DNA of 63,293 nucleotides, filler included, from Bonamia ostreae (lineage: Eukaryota), in NCBI GenBank assembly GCA_040357525.1. It is 28 parts of 28 records of this genome, joined end to end, with 100 filler letters (N's around TTAATTAATTAA, not from the genome) between each part and the next. Parts side by side here need not be neighbours in the genome. Positions count along the whole stretch, not along the records: positions 22,782 to 24,949 come from JBDODL010001000.1; positions 25,050 to 27,217 come from JBDODL010001001.1; positions 27,318 to 29,484 come from JBDODL010001002.1; positions 29,585 to 31,748 come from JBDODL010001003.1; positions 31,849 to 34,011 come from JBDODL010001004.1; positions 34,112 to 36,270 come from JBDODL010001005.1; 22 more parts are not named here. The stretch is one strand, 5' to 3'. Shown in pieces: positions 23,554-36,001 of this stretch (its first letter is position 1; every line of letters starts with the position of its first letter). A program made the translations under genes and the position numbers. The notes beneath the pieces were generated by a model. That model ran no database searches. It saw nothing but the letters and a program-made list of their open reading frames with translations, and was not told the DNA's origin.

Positions 23554-24475
23554 ATGACGATGATGATGCAACGGTATATGCTTATAATGTTTGGATGCTT
23601 TGTGTTTTTATGTGCTGTTGCAAATGCTTTCTCTGACAATAATGAGACGGAAATATGGTCCCCCTGGGGAAAATGTAATATTACATGCGGTGACGGATAC
23701 CAAAAAAGGTCAAGAAAAAGGTGTAAAAATCCCCCAAGTTGTGAGTATATTGTTGACGTTGAAGAAAAACCATGCACAAAACAATGTGGAGGCGATCAAG
23801 AAAAATCACCTATGTCTCCACTGATTGGTGAGTGTATAATGTGATATTATGTACATGTATTTTAGAGTTATCATCATTTGCGAAAATGTATGTTACATAA
23901 CGATCACATAAACTATTGTGAAAATAAATCTTTATAGATTGTTAATGTACTGTTTGTTTCTCTGAAACTGGTTTTAATAGAGCGTGTAACATGCGATAAA
24001 CTTTTATTTTCTACAATGATATTAAATACACATATAATGTTCATTTAATAACAAATGGATATCTTAACATGTATACTGATTTTAAAAGTTAGATTTTAAA
24101 GCTTTGTCTTTTTTTCATATTATAAGTATTAAGGAAATCAAAGTTTGTTTCTATACCAAGGTATTTAATTATCATCGAATACCGTTGATTGAGCAGATGA
24201 TAACTAATAACATAACATTTCTTCAGGGGTAAATAAACAAAACAATGATATATCAAGGTCATGTTGTTAAGATAATTCACTTCTAAAACTTCATATCTCA
24301 AGGCAATTTTGGGGATATACAATGGAGCAGAATGACCGCATTTTCATTTCTCAAATCTACAAAACATCGTGTTCGACGTGATGATCATATTGAAGAGGAA
24401 TGTTTGGAACCCCCTACTTGTACTCATGAAGAAGTTCGGGAATGGTTACATTACATTGGACATGGTTCAGATGTG
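23554..24475 (+). CDS. Secreted protein with a thrombospondin type-1 repeat followed by a Gla-like domain (two exons seen; host-like)
   Basis: Signal peptide; WSPWGKCNITCGDGYQKRSRKRC...EEKPC. The phase-1 donor GTGAGT at 23828 joins in frame to the AG ending at 24302, giving AFSFLKSTKHRVRR/DDHIEEECLEPPTCTHEEVREW. Confidence 0.72.
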
Positions 24476-25189
24476 GTAGGAAATAAGTTACTCTTAATTC
24501 CATTTCTTCTTATTTGAATGTATTGTAATAAATGAACATAACTATCTTAAAATGACGATTGGTTTTGCAATATTGATACCTTAGTTTANNNNNNNNNNTA
24601 TGGTATTTGTAGTATTGTTTATTTTCTCTCTTGACTTAGTGTGCTTGGATGAGAGAGAGGAAATGTAGTGAATGTCAACCATTTGAGGTATGCAAAATAA
24701 TTAAGGAAGATTGCTCAACGTTGAGAAGCTTTGAAGTATCATGTGTCGGTATGTATAACATAAACTAAACTCTCTATACCCCTCTCTATACTTTACTTAT
24801 ATTTTTATATATTTTGGTGAAACACGAATTACAAATTTGTGAGAACAAGGTTATTAGATTCACATTAGAGCTATCTCCAAAGCATTTGGTTAATTCCAGC
24901 GTGTTTCATACTTCAAATATGTTGAATTGTTGATAGAAGAGTGAAACAANNNNNNNNNNNNNNNNNNNNNNNNNNNNNNNNNNNNNNNNNNNNTTAATTA
25001 ATTAANNNNNNNNNNNNNNNNNNNNNNNNNNNNNNNNNNNNNNNNNNNNTATTGAGTGATCATTTTTTGCAATTTTATCAAATAAATCTGCAAATCGCAA
25101 TTTTATCGATCGATTAATTGGGATTTTGCTAATATAAACTTTAAAGCTTTAATTTGTTTATACAAAAACGTTAAGTTTTGCTACAAGAA

Positions 25190-26617
25190 ATGGGGAATTG
25201 TGTTGGCAAGCAAAATCGCGTAGACAAGGAAACATTGCTCATTAACAAACAGCTTGAAAAGGGTAATAACATTAACAAACATTAAAACAGATCGCCTCGA
25301 GTCAATTCTGGAAATCAAAATTTTGTGTCTCGGAGCCGGAGAGTCTGGCAAGAGCACTCTTCTAAAACAGCTGAAAAGCATTTATTGCAGAAATGAGGAT
25401 CTTCCGCAAAAGGCGAAGCAGCGTTACAGGGACATTCTCCACGCGAACGTCAAGGACACAATGGCGGGAATCCTTAACATTTGCCAAAAAATGTCATTAG
25501 ATATGAGCGAAGTCGAGGAAGAAATGGTCCTCATGTTGGACGCCGATTCCGGGGAACTGCTTAGTCCCGAAGAAGCCAGCGCAGTCTCAAAACTGTGGGA
25601 AAACGAGTCTGTGCGAATGGCTTTCGACAACAAAACAAGCCACTACATCCCAGGTTTTGCATTATCTTAATCATTCTGGTAATCGGATTTAATGTAGCTT
25701 ATTTTATTTTATAGGATTTTGTTAATAATCCGATAATGTAAATGGATAGTTTGTAATATTCCGACATTGAGTTTTAGCAACGTCTCAGCAATTTACAGCC
25801 AAATTAAAAACTTCCCCAATTTGTCAAATTTATTAAAATATTTTGAGCAATGGCATCAAATTTTGATCCCAATTCTAATTTCCAAAACATTTAAAGTAAA
25901 TACTTAAAGTATTTTTAAATGCTTAAAGTTCAATCCATTTTAAGCATTTAAAGCTCAATCCTTTTTTATTATATTCTAAATATCTAAAAAGACTCGGCTC
26001 CGTACTATTTTGACAATGTCGAGCGCTTTTCGCGAGTCGATTTCGAGCCGACCGAAGAGGACATTATAATGTCGCGAGTGCGGACTACTGGAATGATCAT
26101 CACAGACTTCAACATTCCGCCACTCAAGTACAAAGTGGTCGATGTCGGAGGCCAAAGAAGCGAAAGGAAGAAGTGGCTCAGAGCGTTTGACGACGTCCAA
26201 GCCATTCTCTTCGTCGTAAATTTGGCCGGGTACAACACCGTCCTCTTCGAAGACGAAACCAAAAATCGCCTGATCGAATCTTTAGAACTCTTCGAAGAGA
26301 TAATAACGAACAACTATTTTTCCGGAATCCCGATTTTCATCTTTTTTAACAAGAAGGATCTCTTCGAAAAGTACCTAAAGAAGGAAAGCATAAAGTGCTG
26401 TTTCCCTGATTACGACGGCTCCAACAAAACACAAGAACAAATGGAGTACATCGAAGCGCAGTTTCGAAACAAGATCGTCGGCGATTACGCTGTGAAAGGC
26501 GTTAACTTTATCGCGGCGCGGTTCAAAAAGGATGTCAAATATGCTTTTGAAGATATCAAGAAGACTTTAGTCGAAATGAACCAAAAACAAATCGACAAAG
26601 CACTCCACAAAAAATAA
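25190..26617 (+). CDS. Heterotrimeric G-protein alpha subunit, complete (353 aa; introns 25263-25290, 25654-25991)
   Basis: MGNC, GAGESGKST, SRVRTTG, DVGGQRSERKKW, FFNKKDLF. Spliced length 1062 nt. Confidence 0.96.
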
Positions 26618-26763
26618 GCTTTTAATTAAATATCATTGTTTTGTCTTTTTTTGCGTCGAAAGATTTTATCAAATCTACCAACTTTTNNNNNNNNNNATAT
26701 GTCGTTTTAGCATTTTATACATTCGAAGGTTGCTTAAATTTATTGAAAGTAGCTAAAATTTAA

Positions 26764-26997
26764 TCAAATTTCCGGGACTATGCTCAGAATCGAAAACTCT
26801 TCGAGATAGCCCTTTTGTGTTTTTGTGAAAACTAGATAGAACAAAGTGATCCAGCAAACCAAAGCGCACGTCGTCACGAAGAAAAAGATGATCGAGAGCA
26901 GCGTCACTTTTGCTCGATTTAAAAACGTATTGGGATCATCTGCTTCATCCGTCTGTGGCGCATGACTGGAAAAAAGTACAAAAAGTTTAGAAGCCAT
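26764..26997 (-). CDS. Hypothetical small single-pass membrane protein (77 aa)
   Basis: ATG-initiated ORF with a long hydrophobic segment, GC-richer than its flanks, convergent with G-alpha. No family recognised. Confidence 0.4.
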   Translation of the reverse strand: MASKLFVLFSSHAPQTDEADDPNTFLNRAKVTLLSIIFFFVTTCALVCWITLFYLVFTKTQKGYLEEFSILSIVPEI

Positions 26998-27403
26998 AGA
27001 ACCGGCGCCAAAAATCCGAAACCGAAAACTAAAATGGCTTTAACTTGTAAAAACGCAATTTGCATAATTTAAGTTGTTGCGTTCTCCTTTCTAGATTGAC
27101 CATTTTAGTACTGAAAAATTGGCACTATATTGATTTTTTGTTATTCGCGGAAAAGTGAGTGAAAGTATTATTGGTGAAAACCTAAAATAATGGTCAATGC
27201 GCATTGGCTAATTAATGNNNNNNNNNNNNNNNNNNNNNNNNNNNNNNNNNNNNNNNNNNNNTTAATTAATTAANNNNNNNNNNNNNNNNNNNNNNNNNNN
27301 NNNNNNNNNNNNNNNNNATTTCTTCTAAAAAGAAAAAAATTAATTTTAGTCCAAAAGATTAATTTAGTTTCAAAAAATTTAATTTGAAAAATCATATAAA
27401 AAC

Positions 27404-27890
27404 GAGAAGAGGATTGACAGAAATAACTTGTTCGACAAAATTTTTCGAAGCCGCGCTTTTCCTAGATTTGGCAAGATGCGAAATGCAGCACTTCGCTGAC
27501 TCCGTCTTTCCCGCTCCACTTTCTCCACAAATTATTATCGATTGGTTTTCACTCGTGGCTCGCAAATTATTCAATGCTCTTGACGCAATTTGGTAACAAT
27601 GCGGATTCGTTGAAGGGGGTTCTTTTCTATACGTTGCCATCACCTTGTCGCCGTAAAGCGATTCGATCCAGACGTACGGGTTAATCGACAACAGAATGCT
27701 ACCTTTGAAGTGTGGGATTTAATAAACCGATGTTGGTGTAGACACTTTTCTTTTCAAAGCGCACTTTGAGATTATGGATGACATTATCCTCTTCCAAATA
27801 AAGAAGAGTGGTCATGTCGGGCACCCCATCCATTTCAGGAGGGTTTGCGTTAAAATCTTTTTTGTCAGGCAAACGCTCAGAAAAGTTTAT
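27404..27890 (-). CDS. Myosin motor domain, N-terminal exons (start codon not resolved)
   Basis: DGVPDMTTLLYLEEDNVIHNLKVRF...VYTNIG|SILLSINPY (25-nt intron 27703-27727), PHCYQIA, NQSIIICGESGAGKTESAK, NPLL. Confidence 0.95.
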
Positions 27891-28395
27891 AAATTTGAAT
27901 ATATCTCAGTATTCTGGCAACGCTATAAACGTTTGATATAAATATTTAGAAATGCAATCGAATTGTTTCTATATGAAAATAAGCTATTTTGGTTGTTTTT
28001 CAGTTTATCAGCGTTTGTTATTTTTTATCATTATCAGAAATTGCCATTTTTGGCCATTTTTACAAAATTTTCGTTTTTATAAAAAATTGTAATTTTTCGC
28101 CATTTTGTTAAAAAAGTTCCATTGTTGTTGACAATATTTGAAATTGAATTCATTATAAAAAGAAAAGTTTATCTGATTTTAATTTAATCTGTTCTAATTA
28201 GAACTTTCGATAAGTTTTGTTTCCTAATGGATAAATTGCAAAAACAACATATCCTCTAAAATAAAGCATCGCCTTTCCCACAAAAGAAAATGTAAAATAG
28301 AAATATTTGATTAAATCTTTATTGACTAAAAATTAATGTGTAAATCAATTGACTAAAATTAATTATTGACTAAAATCGCTAAACTGTAAAAATCA

Positions 28396-29484
28396 ATGCT
28401 TTCAACTGTAAATAATAAACGCAAATTCTGCACATCGATTCCTGACATATTCTACATTAGACCATTCAAACTTAAAAAATGGATTCTCGGAACTAAACTT
28501 TTCATTGTGACAACAGTCGGAGCCATTTCATATTCAGCTTATAAAAAGTCCGAATACATAAAAACGATGCAAAACAGCAAAAGCCAAGAACAAAACGAAA
28601 AAGCTTTTTTGGGCGAAATAATGGATTTGTTTATAATCGCTCCTCATAAAGCAAAAGAGCTTAACGGGCAAGAAATGCTCTTAAACGCCCTTAAAAACGA
28701 TAATTTGGATTCGAGTTTTAAGCTCAAAATCTATGACGCACTAAATTTATATTCGTTAAATTACAAAGTTTAATTGAAAGTAAACAATTAGTTTACAGAA
28801 ACACAAATGAAATCATTGATTAATGTTTCATCCAAATTGATTGATGAACAAAAAAACAGCAAAATTGATTCTTTAAATGCAATTTACAAAACATATCAAA
28901 TATTCAAAACACAACATTTTCCTTTTATACTTAACAAATCTCAACACATTTTGAATATTTTCAAAAGCTTGAAAAACAAAGTTCCGGATTTCGAGTCTAA
29001 ATTTATGAGATTTAAGGAATTTGATTATTTTATGACGCTTTATTACAAAGATTTCAAACAGGAATTTATTGACAGATGTTTTTTTTAATATTTTAGCGAA
29101 ATTTGGATTGTTTTACGGATTTGTATGGAGCGCAATGAGGCATTTTTTCGATAACAGAAGTTTTGTTTTGCGGCATACAACAACAGTTCTCACGCGAAGT
29201 TTGATTTTGGGATGTATTTCGGCGCCGGCGGGATTAATAGCTTTTTTAGCAAATCAGATTTTAGACGAAAATTATTTTAATCGGTTATCAAGAAAAATTG
29301 ACAAATGGCTAATTAACAAAAATGTCGATTCTACTATTTCAACGTCTTTGTCCCAGATTCCGTCTTTTTTGAAAATTAGCATTTTGTTGTTCTTTGTGAA
29401 CAGATACATCGCTCCTTTTTCTAACGCTGCTTTTTTCGCTTCTTTTGTTTTCTTTGAACCTTTCAAAAAGAGATTGGCGGATGC
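28396..29484 (+). CDS. Hypothetical membrane protein, possibly mitochondrion-targeted (introns 28768-28791, 29078-29096)
   Basis: Three consecutive ORFs joined in frame by 24-nt and 19-nt GT-AG introns. Basic N-terminus poor in acidic residues; several hydrophobic segments. Confidence 0.6.
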
Positions 29485-29584
29485 NNNNNNNNNNNNNNNN
29501 NNNNNNNNNNNNNNNNNNNNNNNNNNNNTTAATTAATTAANNNNNNNNNNNNNNNNNNNNNNNNNNNNNNNNNNNNNNNNNNNN

Positions 29585-29905
29585 TAAAACAAATTTTAGT
29601 CCTTTAAGACATCCAGGTTCCCCCTCGGGAACTTCGACCTTCCCCGCATTTGGAGGAGGATTTCTTTCCATGTTCGGAAACCAGCGCTTTGCTGATGTCT
29701 CCGGAACATTCAAAGTGCTTTTAGGCGGTTTTTTAATAATATTTTTGGTTTTGCGCAAAATCTTTTTCGGTTTTCCTGTTTGTTTCTTTTTGAGTTTTCT
29801 CGGATTTTTAATTATTGAATTTTTTAATGGTGTTTTCGCATTTTGTTGTTTGGGGCTATCCAATTTGAGCCATTTTTCCATCATGTTTAGTTCTTTTTTC
29901 TCCAT
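29585..29905 (-). CDS. RFC1: Replication factor C large subunit, N-terminus to start of the BRCT domain
   Basis: PPPNAGKVEVPEGEPGCLKGLKFVL matches the RFC1 pre-BRCT motif PxxxGxKExPxGxxxCLxGLxFV. Truncated by contig end; exact ATG uncertain. Confidence 0.85.
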
Positions 29906-30037
29906 CGCAATAAATTTTAAATTTGACTTAGCCAACTTAACATCAAAAGCCACTTTATTTAAAAGAAAAATCGAAAGTTTTCTGAAAGCTAAATTTTAAA
30001 ATTATAATTAGCGCGTATATTGACATAAAGTCCGAAA

Positions 30038-30804
30038 ATGGCTTTTTTATTTCCGATAAACAACATGAACTATTTGCCATTTTTAATAACAAATTTTCTG
30101 AGAATATTTTCATCGGGATTTCTTTTCGGTGTGCCAAAGAACAGAATCTCGCGAAGCAGAGGACGAATAAGAAGACATTACAGAAGAGTCGCCAAAGGGC
30201 CGAAACCAACGCCATATCGAATTTGCCCAACGTGCGATCAACCTGTTCGCCTTCATTACATTTGCATGAATTGCTACCAGTTTTCAACTTGAACAAAAGC
30301 GCCAATAACAAAAAATCGGAAACGATTTATAAACGCGGCGTCAACGAAACAAACAAAATTTACAAATTCGACAGCAAAATTTTTGCCAAGAAAAACAGCG
30401 AAAAATCGCTAAAACTTGCACATAAAGTCAACACGACGAAAAACAGCGAAAAAATATCTGAAAATGCTCTTGACGTTGACGGAAACAATAAAACATCGAA
30501 GGTAACTCAGCTTTTTTATTACAAACCGGCAAAATATCATTTCGACCCGCCGAAAACAGAAAAAGCAGATCCGTTCCAAATAAAAAGAATATACAAAGCC
30601 AAGAAGAAAAGATTGTCAGATTTGAGAAGCGAACGCGTTGAGACCATCCTTAAACAAGAAGAACATGACAAAAGAAAGAATACCGAAGAATATCAAAACA
30701 AGACCACCGATTACAAAGATAGAAATAGGCACCATTTCATTAAAAAAATCGAGGAAAACGTTCAAAATATTCTTAAACAAAATGACAAGGAAATAAGTAA
30801 ATAA
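30038..30804 (+). CDS. MRPL32: Mitochondrial ribosomal protein bL32m with a predicted long C-terminal extension (20-nt intron 30280-30299; 248 aa)
   Basis: GVPKNRISRSRGRIRR...CPTC...HYICMNC zinc ribbon. Removing GTTTTCAACTTGAACAAAAG joins ORF 30038 to ORF 30223-30804 in frame. Confidence 0.8.
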
Positions 30805-31220
30805 TTTTTGAAAATTCGTTAATCGATAAATTATAAAATGAAGAGATTTTTTGATGATAAATTAAAAATTGTTAAAAGATAAATAATTTTTAAATTATAA
30901 AGATCATTTTTTAATTATCTTCGATAATACTATCGCTTAAACTGTTTTTCATTTCTTTCAAAGAATATAATTCAGCGAAGCTCTTTTCAATATCCCTTCT
31001 GCACTGTTCAATCTTTAACGTGAAAATGTCCATTTATTCTTAATATTGTTTTATTTGTTTAATAAAGCTTTTTTGGATTTAATATTTCTGTTTTTAAGCA
31101 TTTTATTTAATTTACGAAAAAATTATTTCAGAAATATTTCTGCAATAAATAAATGCTAATTTTTTTTATATAATCAAACTTATAAGCTTTAAATATAACA
31201 AAATTTAGACGAACATTGAA

Positions 31221-31716
31221 ATGGTCGTTACAAATAATAAAAAACGAAAAAGAGTGAGTTTTGCAGTCAAAGAAAGCGTTGAACTCAAAAAAGAGACATT
31301 TCTCGAAAAAACAGCGAATTTTCAAAAACTCGTTTTAAATTCAATTCTAAGCAATCAAAAAATCTATTTGTCTCAAATTACGGATTGCTAGCTTCCAAAG
31401 ATAAAACAAGTTTGGACCTTTATAAAAACTTGATCATTTCAAACGAATATGAAATGGTCAAAAAACAAACCGAAACAGATGAAAAATTAAAGAGCAAATC
31501 TAAAAAAATGGAAGTCAAAATAAACAGCGCAAAAAATGGAAAGAAAAAAGACCTTAAAAAAGGGGAAACCGATTTGTCTGTAAAATTGTTCAACAACAAA
31601 AAATCGGACATTCTTTCAAGTCTAAATTCCGACTACAAAAAGATAATTCCCGCGGAATTTAGAAAATCGGCTCAACAGATTGCACTTGAAAATCAACGAG
31701 TCGTGAAACCGCAATG
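31221..31716 (+). CDS. PLRG1: Spliceosomal NTC protein PLRG1/Prp46, N-terminal part (20-nt intron 31332-31351)
   Basis: Ends at VKPQW followed by a donor, matching the KPxWHxPWKL motif that precedes the WD40 repeats. SKNLFVSNYG and NEYE resemble the PLRG1 N-terminus. The WD40 part is not in the contig. Confidence 0.62.
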
Positions 31717-31848
31717 GTTTATATGTTTACGATTCGTATAATGAAGTTNNNNNNNNNNNNNNNNNNNNNNNNNNNNNNNNNNNNNNNNNNNNTTAATTAA
31801 TTAANNNNNNNNNNNNNNNNNNNNNNNNNNNNNNNNNNNNNNNNNNNN

Positions 31849-32657
31849 CTGTTCTCACTGCAAAAATATTGCCCCGACGGAATCGTCCTTTCCAAACTCG
31901 CTATCGACCCTACAAAATTCACCGACAACGTCGTATAACAAAAGTCAAAATGGTTCAAGCCCACATGCGGACTCACCCCATTTTTACCCAATCCGTCTGT
32001 CTCTTCCCCAAGCCGAATCCGCCCTTTAATGCGCTCTTGAACCTGAAGATAACTAAATTTCTTCGAGAAATTGAGTGTGATGAAGTCGCCATCGCGCAGA
32101 TAATAACGCCATTTTTTCTTAACTGCGCCGTCAACGCTGAGAAACCCCTTTTTGATGCCTCTGCGAGCGTCTTCGAGGCTGTCGAAGTAACCGATCCGAT
32201 AGCAAAAGACGTCGAAGCGGCGCTCGAGAATGTCGACCATTTTCAAATGGCTGTTTCGGCGGTGACGTTTGTTTCGATTCAGTTTGACGTAGATTTTTTT
32301 CAGTTCTTTTTCGAACCGAATGCCGTAGTACGCTCTCAGAATCCGTCTCGCGTCGAAGCGCATGCGAAAATAATTCTTTGGATCGGTCATCTGGAAACGG
32401 GGGATTTTCATCGGTTGTTTATTGTGCGTCAAAGGGCGGAACGAAACCTCTGGCAAAAATGAGGACTGTTCGAGTTCTTCCTCTTCTTCCATTTGTTGGA
32501 AACCACTTTTTGTGTCCCAATCTTGCTCTGGATCGTCGGGAATGTCTTTTTTGTCAAGGTCTTCTTGACTCGAAAAAAGGGATTTTTGAGGGAATTTTGA
32601 GTTTCCAAATATTGTTATTAAATGGCGGTGAGAGTGCTTTCTTATGTTCAGCAGCAT
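31849..32657 (-). CDS. rps4: Nucleus-encoded mitochondrial ribosomal protein uS4m with N-terminal extension (3' end truncated)
   Basis: LRAYYG...EKELKK...ILERRFDVFCYRIGY..SLEDARR.I..G.LSVDG...YYLRDGDFI is a bacterial-type S4 domain. About 90 extra N-terminal residues beginning with a basic presequence-like stretch. Confidence 0.85.
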
Positions 32658-33123
32658 TTCTTGAGCTTGTTTGGCTAAATATTCGCCAGATTTTCTATTT
32701 GTTCGCGATATGTTTTTTGGGGATCAACTTGTTTTGTGGATTTAGCCGCAAAGTTTATATTTTTTAGGAAAATTTTATTTTTCAGAACTACATTTTTATG
32801 TACTTTTCGAAAAATTGTATTTTTTAATGATTTTATTCTTTTTAAAAATCAAATTTGTAAAAATTTGTAAAACAAACGGGAGAAAAATTTTTTCGAATAA
32901 GAAAATTTCATTATAAAAATGGCAATTTTTTGCCAAAAACAAAATGGCGATTTTCAAAAAAGGTATAAAAATTCATAAAAATAGCGATTTCCAGTCAAAA
33001 AAGTTTCTGTATAAATATGAAAAGGGTTAAAAATAAAGACTTTTCTGATAAAGCAAAAACGAAAAAAATATTAAAATAAATATCGATCATTGTTCAAAAA
33101 AGTACATGTTCGTTAAAAAATAA

Positions 33124-33950
33124 TTATTCACTGTATTCGCTGCTTTCACTAAATATTTTTTCATAATCGTAACTTTTCCTTTTTTCATAAAAACTATCCT
33201 CGATTCCTTCTTCTTCAACCGATTCTTCTTCCGATTCTTCTTCAAATCCTTTATCATCTTTAACCACTATCGAACTTATCTGCATCGCCAATGTTATTAA
33301 CTGAGAAATAACCAAGAAAACTATTTTTGTAAAATAAAACAATTTCCAACTATTTCTCCATTGACTATTGCTTCCACGTTCTTACCTCCGTCATAGTTGC
33401 CGCAAAAATACTTTGTTGGTACTTCTGATGGTATCCCAAATTTATCTAACCTTATCTTAAAATTCAACATAAAACCTTGAAAAATAGTTTTAACAAAATA
33501 AAAATTTGCTGCAAAAAACAAAATCCCAAAATATCACAAAAACCATTTTAGAAAGGCAAAGAAAATTAGTGTCACAGTTATAAAGGTAAATTGCATTCAA
33601 GACGAATTTGTTTGAAAAGTTTTTCAACAAGAACACCAAAAATGTCGCCAAGAACAACATGTTTATCAACGTTATCGATATATTAAAAACAACCGACCAT
33701 TTTCTATTGACATTTAAAAGAAACATGTTTTTTGCTCTAATAAGAAGAAGCGTCAGCAAATGATATGTGAGAACAACCAAAGAAAAAATGACTACGGAAG
33801 CAACATCGGCGCCATCGATTGAAAAGAAATCGTTAAATTTGAATAAATCTTTAAGTTGAGACAATTTTTAAAACAGACGGTGTAAAGGACAATTCCGGTA
33901 ACAGAGATGCAGCAGTTTGTTCCAACCAAAACCAAATAAAGTTTGGACAT
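33124..33950 (-). CDS. Hypothetical multi-pass membrane protein with acidic C-tail, multi-exon
   Basis: ATG 33950; the 26-nt intron 33849-33874 joins to ORF 33490-33864. Further exons in ORFs 33321-33521 and 33124-33342. About four hydrophobic segments. Confidence 0.55.
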
Positions 33951-34207
33951 TTTCTAAATGGATTTTTGACAAATTTTTTATTTTGAGCGATTTTTAACAA
34001 AAAATTCTAATNNNNNNNNNNNNNNNNNNNNNNNNNNNNNNNNNNNNNNNNNNNNTTAATTAATTAANNNNNNNNNNNNNNNNNNNNNNNNNNNNNNNNN
34101 NNNNNNNNNNNGCGGAGAATTTTGAATAAATTTAAAAAAAAATCAATTTTATTTAAAGAACGTTTTATCAAATTTATTTAAATTAATAGATCTCCAGCAA
34201 ATTTCTC

Positions 34208-36001
34208 ATCAAAAATTAAACCAATCGATGACATTGCTTTTGTTAACACTAAAAATATTCAAGTTGTGCGCTTATCAATTTTTAAATTTATTAATTTGCT
34301 TTTCTACGTAAATGTACTCGCTTTGAAACTCGTCTATAATTGAAAAAAATTTGTCCCATGAGATTTTCTCTTTTGTGACTTTCTCGTACAATCTTTTTCA
34401 ATTTAATATTAATATCGATTATAACTGAAAGTGCTTTTATATTTTTGTACCTGATTATTAGAAAAATTTTTATTTTAGCAAAACTTAATAAATATCAACA
34501 AAAACTGCTTGAAATCCTTGTAAACTTTTTCTATAAGATTTACTTTAGCTTTCGAGACGATAAGGAATGGTCTCATCTTTTCAACAAAGACGTCTGTTTC
34601 AAATCTTTGAATATAATGGTCTAAGGAGTTAACATTTTCCCTCAAATTTTGTAACTCGTCTTCTACGCTTTTTTTATTTGCTAACATTATTACTTTTTGC
34701 AATTTATTTTCTGATTATTTTTTTCAAAAATTTTAAAACTTTTAAGTACTTTTTTTAATTGAGAAAACGATCTGTAAAACGGTTTAATGTTTTTGTGATT
34801 CTTCAACATGTATTCGACTATTAGATGCAACAATGAGTCATATTTCCTGCAATGAATATCTCTCAACTTTAAGATTTTTAATTACAGATATTTAAGACTA
34901 AGAAAAATTTTGCACAAGAAATTTTTATCTTTCAAAAATTCTAAAATTTTATTTTTGCACAAAAACTCTTAAAAGAGCTTCAACATCAAAACCGACAGCG
35001 TTTCCCAGTGGAGTGCCTTTGTTTAAGATGTTTGCAAATGTCAAAGTAACGCTTAAAATAGTTTGGAAATGTTCATCTTGTACTATTGTGCGCATTGCCT
35101 CTCTCAGATCTAGCATCAATATTTTCAAGTTCCCCCAAATTTTATCAAACTTTAAATTTGGCAATATTTGCTATGACAAAATTGTAATTATTTGTAAAAC
35201 AGAATCTTAAAAACTGTTAATCTAAAAATCATTAATTCGACTCTTTGACTGACAGCTGGAATGCTTGAAAGCCACAATAAAAATTTATCGATAAATTCTA
35301 TTTCCTGTTTCTCTCTCGCGTTTTTCAGCATTTTTATTTCCTCCTCTGTTGGACAAATCGATTTTATTTTTCTCAAACTTTCAAAATTCGCGTTTTAATT
35401 TAATAAACGTTTCGACTCCGAGTTTCTCAAAATCAACTTCGACGATAGAGACGAAAATGCGCGTTTGTTGATATGACCAATTGTTTTTTCTATAGAACGG
35501 CATTTTTTTCAACAAAATTTCAATGTTTTCTCTTCTTTTTTGTGGCAGAAAATAAGTCTTTGTCTTAATTTATTTGTTAGATATTCGCTTAAAAACATTT
35601 GATTTTAAAATTTTTGTTTCTGGCACAATTTTAAAATTTTGGCAAATCTCATTTTCATATTTTTCAATTTTTTTCATCAAAACGCCATTCTTACAATTAG
35701 TCAAAATTGTCATTTGGTTTTTCTTTTTAATAAAGAATGGTTTTAATTTGCGTTTAAATAAAATTAAATCTATTGGAGGAGCCGTCATTTCTGTATTTGC
35801 AAGTTTATCTTCGATTTTGATTAATTTTGTATGAACAATTTTTTCATTAAATTTATTTTCTGTTAAATTTGATTTTGTAAATTCTTTTTCGATAACAGAA
35901 TTATTTTTGACCAAATTTTTACTCTTTTCAGTAAAATTTTTTATGTTCAAATTGTTTCTAATAATTTTTCTAGTCTTATTATCGTTCAATCTATTTTTCA
36001 A
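34208..36001 (-). CDS. Formin (FH2 domain), multi-exon, ends approximate
   Basis: CPTEEEIKML...DKFL..LSSIP.V.QRV; FQTILSVTLTFANILNKGTPLGNAVGFDVEALL; SLLHLIV; FVEKMRPFL; DKFFSIIDEF. Confidence 0.88.
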
